Shown: positions 25,090 through 30,946 of the stretch, one piece after another | Numbering within the stretch: position 1 is the stretch's first letter | Layout of the letters: every line of letters starts with the position of its first letter | Source of the DNA: Geotalea daltonii FRC-32 | Lineage (GTDB): Bacteria; Desulfobacterota; Desulfuromonadia; Geobacterales; Geobacteraceae | Length of the DNA: 32,000 nt | Assembly (NCBI RefSeq): GCF_000022265.1 | Contig: NC_011979.1 | Coordinates: 720,001 to 752,000, forward strand | Direction: 5' to 3' | Translations under genes and position numbers: made by a program | Notes under the pieces: generated by a model | Databases searched by the model: none | What the model was told of the DNA's origin: nothing | Seen by the model: only the letters and a program-made list of their open reading frames with translations

Positions 25090-26036
25090 GGAGTCGGGTG
25101 CCTTTCCGTTGGGACCGAAAAATTGTCTTGGATATTGCGGATGTTAACGCTGGTGTGGCCGAAGACCTGAAAGCGATTGGTTTTGACCTTAACGTCGCAG
25201 GGGTTGCAGTCGCCGTAATAGCGGCAAGGCCGGTACTCTTCGATGGTTTCCTGGGAAAAACCGGCATCGAGTATGTGGGCGATGGGTGACCTGTCTTTGT
25301 ACAGGTCGGAATGGCATTTGTAGACGTGGCCTGCGGGATCGACCAGTATTTCGCTGGTTCTGCACTCGCAATGCTTTGTTTTTTCGCCATCCACGCAGTC
25401 CGGGAATTTGAAGGTGCCGTAAAGTTTCCCCTTATAGTTGCCGAGAAATTCCTTTGTCCGGAAATCCAGTTCCAGCTTGCGGCACTTCTCCTGTATCTCA
25501 AGGATGTGCTTCCTGATCTCCGGGTCGGGGTGCTCGATCCCATAGAGCCCGACCCGGAAGCCGGCATCCTGCATCTTCAGGGTCTTGCGGATCAAGTCAT
25601 CGATGTCGTTCTGGCCCGGATGGTAACTGACCCGAATGGCGGCATAGGGGGCATTTCTTGTAAAACGTTCGACCGGTACTTTTTTTATGAACGCATCCAC
25701 GTCGAACATCATGTTGGTCATGAGGTCCATTTTGATTTCTTCATTGGCCTCGTTGACTAACCGATAAAACCCCTGGTGAAGGGTGGGCTCGCCCCCTTGC
25801 AGGGTGAGTGGCAGATCGTTTCGCAGCACCAGTCGATTTGCTGCAGTGATCCAGTCTTCGGCCGAGAGCATCCGCTTTGCCCGTTGGTCCGACCGTTTGG
25901 CGTTTTGATGGAGGTTAAGGCAGTAGTCGCAATGAAGGTTGCAGGCAAGAGTGAGGAAAAAGGCCACATAATTATGATGCTCCTTGGGTGTTATGGGAGG
26001 CAACTCATCAGCAAAAGCTGTAGCGGATTTCGTCAT
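25086..26036 (-). CDS. Radical SAM protein (distinct type with a Cys-rich C terminus); first gene after the sigma-54 promoter
   Basis: LTLACNLHCDYCLN contains the CxxxCxxC motif. The C-terminal cysteines are CECRTSEILVDPAGHVYKCH ... PCRYYGDCNPCD. The track start at 26042 is a TTG, so I use the ATG at 26036 (MTKSATAF), which has AAGGA 10 nt upstream. Confidence 0.8.
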   Translation of the reverse strand: MTKSATAFADELPPITPKEHHNYVAFFLTLACNLHCDYCLNLHQNAKRSDQRAKRMLSAEDWITAANRLVLRNDLPLTLQGGEPTLHQGFYRLVNEANEEIKMDLMTNMMFDVDAFIKKVPVERFTRNAPYAAIRVSYHPGQNDIDDLIRKTLKMQDAGFRVGLYGIEHPDPEIRKHILEIQEKCRKLELDFRTKEFLGNYKGKLYGTFKFPDCVDGEKTKHCECRTSEILVDPAGHVYKCHSDLYKDRSPIAHILDAGFSQETIEEYRPCRYYGDCNPCDVKVKTNRFQVFGHTSVNIRNIQDNFSVPTERHPTP

Positions 26037-26073
26037 GTACAATTGATCCTTTACCTATAGTCTGAGGATAAAA

Positions 26074-26089
26074 AGCAACTGTCGTGCCA
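26074..26089 (-). promoter_or_regulatory. Sigma-54 (RpoN) -24/-12 promoter
   Basis: The minus strand reads cTGGCACGacagTTGCTt, an exact match to TGGCAC-N5-TTGC(A/T). The GC of the -12 element lies about 35 nt upstream of the ATG at 26036. A perfect 10-bp palindrome, TCAAATTTGA (26184-26193), lies about 100 bp upstream, at a plausible distance for an enhancer-binding protein. Confidence 0.7.
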
Positions 26090-26221
26090 CAGGTATAAGG
26101 GGTGAATTTACAAAGATTTTCTATGGGGCTTCTTTTGTGTCAAATAATTGAAAAGAGATGGGTGAGATTATTCAGGGAGGAGGTCAAATTTGATGTATCT
26201 GTATTTGAGGGTCATCTACTC

Positions 26222-27397
26222 CTAGAACGGTACCAGGGCGAATCCGTCAAATTCATCGGCATTGGGATCCATGGTCTTGCCGTTTATGTCGGTGCCTGTG
26301 AACTTGAAGACCAGGTGACTTGGGTCGAAGACCCCGTCGCCGGTCTCGTTTTGGGAGAGGGTGAAGGTTACGGTGGCCTGCATCTTGGTGGCGTCGTAGG
26401 TAACCATCAGCGGGGTGGGAGGGATGGCGATTTCCGCATCGGGATCTAGGGTGATGCCGTTGTTGTAGGTTCCGCCGGTTCCACCGGCCGCCTTGGAGAT
26501 GCTCCAGTTGGCCAGGTTCTGCACCGAGACTCCATCCATCTCCGCGTTGAACTGCAGCACCATGGTGAAGTCTTTAGAAGCCGAAGGGGTTGCCAGGGAC
26601 GGATCCAGGTCGGCGACCCTGGTGCCCGGACCGAGGATGGTGTTGAAGGAGTTTTTCTGATAAATGTTTATGATGAAGGCGGGAGAGAAGAGAATACCTC
26701 CCAGTTCATCGGCCAGGGCAGGGTCCAGGGTGCTCAGGGTCTCCACCTCTTCCTGGGCCTTGTCCTTCTGGGTGGTAGCCGCATATGCCTTGCCAAGTTC
26801 CGAATGGGCAAGGGCGAAGTCCTTGTCGATTTTGACCGCCATCTGCAGCTGCTCTATGGCCTCATCATATTTGCCCATCTTGCTGTAGGCCATGCCGAGG
26901 CCATAGTATCCATGGGCATCCCTGCGGTCTATGGCGATGACTTTCTTGAACTGGGCTTCCGCTTCCTGCTCCCGACCGGTGTTCAGATAGAGAAATCCAA
27001 GGGTGTAGGGGGCATAGGTGGAAGTGGAATCAATGCGGGCAGTGGCCTGGAATTCCTTCTCCGCTTCTGGGTAGCGTTTAGCTTCAAGATAGGCATTTCC
27101 CAAGTCTTTGTGGGCCGAGGAAGAACCGGGCTCCAGCCTGACAGCATTCTTGTAGGCTGCAATGGCGTCGTTCGATTTTCCCATACCGGAATAGGCCATG
27201 CCCAGATATTTATAGGCATTGGTGGAGTCAGGGGTGAGAGCAAGGACCCTTTTCAGCTGTGAGGCCGCTCTGTCGTACTTGCCATCCTGCAAAGCCTGCA
27301 GCGCGCCGTTCATGGCGTAGTTGGCAGTCAACTGCCGTTGCGACTGAATGTCGCCAAAAGCTGCGAAAAGCTTGTCTGCATTTGACATGGAATCCAT
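26222..27397 (-). CDS. TPR-repeat protein with a C-terminal beta-rich (Ig-like?) domain
   Basis: About six TPR motifs are present (AYKYLGMAYSGMGKSNDAIAAYKNAVRLEP, AHKDLGNAYLEAKRYPEAEKEF, YGLGMAYSKMGKYDEAIEQLQMAVKID, and others). They are followed by about 170 aa rich in T/G/D/N beta-strand pattern. No signal peptide is seen. GAAGGGG lies 7 nt before the ATG. Confidence 0.8.
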   Translation of the reverse strand: MDSMSNADKLFAAFGDIQSQRQLTANYAMNGALQALQDGKYDRAASQLKRVLALTPDSTNAYKYLGMAYSGMGKSNDAIAAYKNAVRLEPGSSSAHKDLGNAYLEAKRYPEAEKEFQATARIDSTSTYAPYTLGFLYLNTGREQEAEAQFKKVIAIDRRDAHGYYGLGMAYSKMGKYDEAIEQLQMAVKIDKDFALAHSELGKAYAATTQKDKAQEEVETLSTLDPALADELGGILFSPAFIINIYQKNSFNTILGPGTRVADLDPSLATPSASKDFTMVLQFNAEMDGVSVQNLANWSISKAAGGTGGTYNNGITLDPDAEIAIPPTPLMVTYDATKMQATVTFTLSQNETGDGVFDPSHLVFKFTGTDINGKTMDPNADEFDGFALVPF

Positions 27398-27433
27398 ACA
27401 TACACCCCTTCACTGTACAGCGATCTTTTCTTC

Positions 27434-27461
27434 TTATCGTCACCCGGCATCGTTAACTTGA
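27434..27461 (-). promoter_or_regulatory. Possible sigma-28 (FliA)-like promoter upstream of the TPR gene
   Basis: The minus strand reads TCAAGTTA-N12-GACGATAA, compared with the enterobacterial consensus TAAAGTTT-N11-GCCGATAA. That is 6/8 and 7/8 matches with a spacer one nucleotide longer. It lies about 45 nt upstream of the ATG at 27397. Confidence 0.25.
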
Positions 27462-27516
27462 GCAAAAAGTGCGTCCGAATCGGTTTGTCAATTTTTTGAT
27501 TCTTGCTGCAGGCAGA

Positions 27517-28146
27517 TCAGGAAAGGCGGTATGCGATCAGCACGCCGTCACCTACCGGCACTATGGTGGTGAAAAAACTATCGTGGCGCGACATGATCTC
27601 GTTGAACTTTTTCACCGGTTCATTATTCTTGGTGTCCAGGGTTTCGACCACGCGGCCGCGCCAGAGGGCGTTATCGGCGATCAGCAGAGCTTTGGGTGCC
27701 AGGTGCGGCAGCATGGCTTCCAGAGCCGCTGGATAGAGGTACTTGTCCATGTCAATAAAGAGGATGTCGATATCGTCATATTCCTGACCGAGCTCCAGTG
27801 CATTGCCGGTGCGGAATTCCGCCTTCTCCGCCAGACCCTCCTCGGTAAAGATTCCTCTGGCATATGCCAGGTTCTTTTCCGCATATTCGGTCAGCACTAT
27901 CCGAGCCCCATCTTCCAGGGCGCGGGCAATCCACAGTGCCGAGTAGCCGAAGCCCGAGCCAAGCTCCACCACCAGCTTTGGCCGCTTGAGGAGGGTTAAA
28001 AGGTGGAGGAATCTTCCCACCTGCCGGTCGATGATGGGGAAATTCATGGCTTTCGCCTTCTCTTCCATGGCGAGAAGGCGCGGGTCTTCCTCCGGCTGGA
28101 GAGTCATCAGGTAGGTTGCAATAAGGGGATCGGTGATGTGGATCAT
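27517..28146 (-). CDS. O-methyltransferase family 3 (caffeoyl-CoA O-methyltransferase / YrrM-like)
   Basis: QVGRFLHLLTLLKRPKLVVELGSGFGYSALWIA ... ILFIDMDKYLYP ... LLIADNALWRGRV. The track ORF extends to 28212, but GGAG lies 6 nt before the ATG at 28146 (MIHITDP), and that start matches the usual family N terminus. Confidence 0.8.
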   Translation of the reverse strand: MIHITDPLIATYLMTLQPEEDPRLLAMEEKAKAMNFPIIDRQVGRFLHLLTLLKRPKLVVELGSGFGYSALWIARALEDGARIVLTEYAEKNLAYARGIFTEEGLAEKAEFRTGNALELGQEYDDIDILFIDMDKYLYPAALEAMLPHLAPKALLIADNALWRGRVVETLDTKNNEPVKKFNEIMSRHDSFFTTIVPVGDGVLIAYRLS

Positions 28147-28269
28147 GTCTTCTCCATTGTCTTTTGCATACTTATGCCACAGCCTTGGGTGGAGAGAAAG
28201 GGAAAGTTGCATCGCCAGTGGCCGTTGCTAAAGGGGGGGGCAGGGGGTAAAATTGAAACGCCGGCTTAG

Positions 28270-28384
28270 CAGGTTGTTGAAAAACTATTGCGGACCCGCG
28301 GGGCCTAAAGGGTCGCTCTGCTACGTTGCCGCTCGCTTGAGACCCTTGCATAGCGACCTTCCCATGATGTTTTTCAACAACCTG
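28270..28384. repeat. 115-nt intergenic element bounded by a perfect 16-bp inverted repeat (structured RNA or MITE/REP-like)
   Basis: CAGGTTGTTGAAAAAC (28270-28285) and GTTTTTCAACAACCTG (28369-28384) are exact reverse complements. The interior has further complementary pairs: AAGGGTC 28308-28314 with GACCCTT 28341-28347, and GGTCGCT 28311-28317 with AGCGACC 28352-28358. Confidence 0.7.
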
Positions 28385-28404
28385 TTAGTGACCAAGGAGG
28401 TATC

Positions 28405-28902
28405 GTGAAATTCCATCTAATCCTGATTAGTCTGGTCTTCACGGTGGCTTTTGCTGCGCCATCGCCGCAAATAAAAGTTTACTCGGTGGAAAGAAAAGGA
28501 TATGTCATGATCGGAAAAGTTGAGAAGACAGATGCCGAATGGCGCAAGCAGTTGACTCCGGAACAGTTTCGGGTAACCCGGAAAAAGGGGACGGAGAAGC
28601 CATTTGCCAACGAGTACAACGCTAACCATCGCCAGGGGATATACCAATGCGTCTGCTGCGGTCTGGACCTTTTCAGTTCCCAGACGAAGTATGAGTCGGG
28701 AACAGGCTGGCCCAGCTTCTGGCAGCCCATTGCCAGGGAGAATATCAGGACCGGGGAAGATAGATCATTCTTTTCCCGCAGAACAGAAGTCCTCTGTGCC
28801 AGATGCGATGCCCACCTCGGCCATGTGTTTGAGGACGGACCGCAGCCGACCGGGTTGCGCTACTGCCTGAATTCGGCAGCATTGAAATTCAAGCCGCTCT
28901 AG
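28405..28902 (+). CDS. msrB: Peptide-methionine (R)-S-oxide reductase MsrB with an N-terminal signal peptide
   Basis: GTG start lies 4 nt after AAGGAGG. The signal-like N terminus is [17 protein letters not shown]. Two zinc CxxC pairs are present (CVCC, CARC), along with GTGWPSF, HLGHVF and the catalytic RYCLNS. Confidence 0.9.
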   Translation: MKFHLILISLVFTVAFAAPSPQIKVYSVERKGYVMIGKVEKTDAEWRKQLTPEQFRVTRKKGTEKPFANEYNANHRQGIYQCVCCGLDLFSSQTKYESGTGWPSFWQPIARENIRTGEDRSFFSRRTEVLCARCDAHLGHVFEDGPQPTGLRYCLNSAALKFKPL

Positions 28903-28987
28903 CTGGTGGCCATCCGGAAACTCCGATGAGGCACTAACAGTTTCCGATTTGGAAACTAGCTATCCATGCCATGCGGGAAAGGTTGCC

Positions 28988-29212
28988 ATGACCGCCAGGG
29001 AGAAACTGCTGTTGTTAGCGCTCTGCGCTTTCTTTTTTGCCGGCTGTGCGCAAATCCAGGACATGGTCATCAGGAGCATGCATATGGATCACGGTTACCG
29101 GGGCCACGTGCTGCCGCTGCTGATTGAACGGTATCGGCTGAAAATGGAACGCTCCAACTCCCTCCGCCAGGAGCCGGTGTTCATAGTGCCTGATTTTGCA
29201 GATCAGGCCTGA
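28988..29212 (+). CDS. Small putative lipoprotein
   Basis: MTAREKLLLLALCAFFFAGCAQ has a signal peptide with an F-A-G-C lipobox. The track ORF begins at a TTG (28949); I prefer the ATG at 28988, which has GAAAGG upstream. Confidence 0.55.
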   Translation: MTAREKLLLLALCAFFFAGCAQIQDMVIRSMHMDHGYRGHVLPLLIERYRLKMERSNSLRQEPVFIVPDFADQA

Positions 29213-29291
29213 TGCCTTCATGTCATATCCCTGCTGCATTCCCTCAGGCACCCGCTCTTTTCCCCCACTCCCGAAACCCTTCAGAATCGGC

Positions 29292-29320
29292 TTGTCACTT
29301 ATTGGTTAATGCTCTAAATT
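29292..29320 (+). promoter_or_regulatory. Candidate sigma-70 promoter for the DUF3108 gene
   Basis: TTGTCA (29292-29297), a 17-nt spacer, then TAAATT (29315-29320), about 48 nt upstream of the ATG at 29369. Confidence 0.35.
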
Positions 29321-29368
29321 GATGGCGAATTTTTTTACTGATAACCTGAGCGCCCCCCGAGAGGACTT

Positions 29369-30127
29369 ATGAAGAAATCCCTGCATCCCATTGTCTGCTC
29401 ATGCATCGTAACCCTGCTGCTTTTTTTCTCCTCAGTGGCCGGTGCCTTTACCATCCCGGAACGGCTGGTTTTCAACATTAGCTGGAGCGGCATCAAGGCC
29501 GGAACTGCCACTCAGGAGATCAGCAGTGACGGCGAGAATCTTCGCATGGTTTCCACTGCCCGTTCGGCGGCCTGGCTTTCTGCGTTCTTTACGGTTGATG
29601 ACCGGATCGAGTCATTAATGGGCAAGGGAAGCCCGGGGCTTCCCCTGGGATTGCCTGCCAGCTATACGGAAAAAGTCCACGAAGGGCCTACCCGCCGCCA
29701 TAAGGTGGTAAATTTCAACCACCGTCAACAGCAGGCGGTTATCGAAGACCTGCTCGGCAAAACCAGGACAACCCTCCCCGTTACCCCCATCACCTATGAT
29801 TCCCTGTCCTGTTTCTACTATGCCCGCATGCAAAAAATGGAGCCCGGTACCTCTTTTTACGTTGATGTTTTCGACGGCAAGAGGCTGCACAATACCCAGG
29901 TCAAGGTGGTCAGGCGCGAAACTTTAGATACGGACCTAGGAGAATTCAGGACTGTCCTCATCATGCCGATTTTGAAGACCGAAGGAATTTTCAGCAAGAC
30001 GGGAGATATCCACATCTGGCTCACTGATGACGAGCGGCGCATTCCGGTGAAAATGCGGTCCAAGGTCAAGATCGGCAGCATAACCGCCACATTGGCCGGG
30101 GGGAGTTACTGGCCGGAGAAAAAGTAA
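29369..30127 (+). CDS. DUF3108-like exported protein
   Basis: Signal peptide MKKSLHPIVCSCIVTLLLFFSSVAGA, then FNISWSGIKAGTATQEI ... IHIWLTDDERRIPVKMRSKVKIGSITATL. This matches my memory of the DUF3108 beta-barrel family. GAGAGGA is the RBS. Confidence 0.7.
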   Translation: MKKSLHPIVCSCIVTLLLFFSSVAGAFTIPERLVFNISWSGIKAGTATQEISSDGENLRMVSTARSAAWLSAFFTVDDRIESLMGKGSPGLPLGLPASYTEKVHEGPTRRHKVVNFNHRQQQAVIEDLLGKTRTTLPVTPITYDSLSCFYYARMQKMEPGTSFYVDVFDGKRLHNTQVKVVRRETLDTDLGEFRTVLIMPILKTEGIFSKTGDIHIWLTDDERRIPVKMRSKVKIGSITATLAGGSYWPEKK

Positions 30128-30138
30128 CATCGGGATTA

Positions 30139-30167
30139 TTGCCTTCCCGCTGTTTTTGCAGCATAAT
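30139..30167 (+). promoter_or_regulatory. Candidate sigma-70 promoter for the proline-rich protein gene
   Basis: TTGCCT (30139-30144), a 17-nt spacer, then CATAAT (30162-30167), about 28 nt upstream of the ATG at 30196. Confidence 0.3.
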
Positions 30168-30195
30168 TGCCGGACTTTTGTGATGAGGAGGAGCA

Positions 30196-30900
30196 ATGAA
30201 AAAGTATTTGTCGTTTTTGCTTGTCGTGCTCTGTTTCACAGTAATTACAGCAGGAGTGGCATCGGCAGCTTCTGCCAGGAAGGTTTATCTCAAGGATGGC
30301 GCCGTCATAGAATGCCAGAAGGTGTGGCGTTCCGGCGGCAAGATTATGGTGCTGGTCAACAGGGATGTCCTTCTGGATTTTTCCACCGCCGAAGTGGACC
30401 TGAAGAAGACTTTTACCAAAAAGGGAGTCGGGGCGAAAGGGAAGAAAAAGCACCTGAAAAAGCCTTTGATGCAAGGAAGTACAAGCAAAAAAGCCGCTAT
30501 GCCGGTCCAGAAGCCGGTTTCATCGGTAAAGAAAGTTGCAGCACCTGCCAAGCCTGTCCCGGCAAAACCTGCGCCCCCCACACCTCCGGTTAAGCCTGCG
30601 ACAGTACCTCCAACCACTCCGGCAGTTGCACAGAAAACAATTCTCCCTGTTCCTGGGGCTTCTCGGCCGGCAACCACACCCATATCTGGCACCCAGGCTG
30701 CCCTGTCTTCGGCGAAAATAGCTGTAGCTGTACCCCAACCGCCCAAACCTGCGCCGCGGCCTGCCATAAAATTTGTTCCTCCCCCACCTCCGCCACCGGA
30801 ACCTTTCTACAAGGACCCGCTGGTCCTTCAACTGGGAGGAGGAGGGCTGCTGATCGTATTGCTTCTGGTTCTACTGGTGATGAGGAAGAAGAAAGCTTGA
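30196..30900 (+). CDS. Secreted proline/lysine-rich protein with a C-terminal hydrophobic anchor and basic tail
   Basis: GAGGAGGAG is the RBS. The signal peptide is MKKYLSFLLVVLCFTVITAGVASA. It is followed by a small folded segment, a low-complexity K/P/A/V linker, and the C terminus PPPPPPPEPFYKDPLVLQLGGGGLLIVLLLVLLVMRKKKA. Confidence 0.8.
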   Translation: MKKYLSFLLVVLCFTVITAGVASAASARKVYLKDGAVIECQKVWRSGGKIMVLVNRDVLLDFSTAEVDLKKTFTKKGVGAKGKKKHLKKPLMQGSTSKKAAMPVQKPVSSVKKVAAPAKPVPAKPAPPTPPVKPATVPPTTPAVAQKTILPVPGASRPATTPISGTQAALSSAKIAVAVPQPPKPAPRPAIKFVPPPPPPPEPFYKDPLVLQLGGGGLLIVLLLVLLVMRKKKA

Positions 30901-30909
30901 ATTGTTTCG

Positions 30910-30943
30910 AAAAGCCGTTTCCCCTGAACAGGAAACGGCTTTT
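30910..30943 (+). terminator. Rho-independent terminator
   Basis: AAAAGCCGTTTCC (30910-30922), loop CCTGAACA, then GGAAACGGCTTTT (30931-30943). This is a perfect 13-bp stem ending in a T-run, 10 nt after the TGA of the proline-rich gene. Confidence 0.85.
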
Positions 30944-30946
30944 ACG

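Noticed and set aside
15348-25760. Long plus-strand ORFs over the operon: 15348-15968, 16867-17826 (319 aa), 20110-20505, 20989-21558, 21381-22157, 22310-23260 (316 aa), 23268-24029, 24649-25170 and 25311-25760.
   Set aside because: Each is antisense to a minus-strand gene with unambiguous family motifs (radical SAM CxxxCxxC, Nudix box, TPP motif, GT9 motif). They have no RBS context, no recognisable motifs, and antisense-type composition.
10509-26036. Reading the radical-SAM-rich block as a RiPP or antibiotic biosynthetic cluster, or as a phage-defence island.
   Set aside because: The context is dominated by sugar enzymes (GT9, GT2/GT4, RmlD-like, transketolase, carbamoyltransferase, NUDIX). 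I saw no peptidase, no peptide-exporter ABC transporter, no nuclease, helicase or ATPase defence hallmarks, and no mobility genes. Only the single SPASM gene with its small upstream ORF is kept as a peptide-related possibility.
7046-28212. Longest-ORF start coordinates in the track for several genes (8455, 10576, 16586, 26042, 28212, 28949).
   Set aside because: Several of these use TTG or extend into the upstream gene. Internal ATGs with Shine-Dalgarno sequences (8422, 10519, 16580, 26036, 28146, 28988) give N termini that match family expectations and shorter overlaps. The longer versions remain possible.
30136-30831. Minus-strand ORFs 30136-30474, 30285-30767, 30520-30831 and 30590-30796, and plus-strand alternatives 30156-30593 and 30536-30721.
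   Set aside because: All overlap the 30196-30900 gene. That gene has a strong GAGGAGGAG RBS, a signal peptide, a coherent anchor and a terminator. Low-complexity Pro/Ala/Lys-coding DNA is open in several frames by chance.
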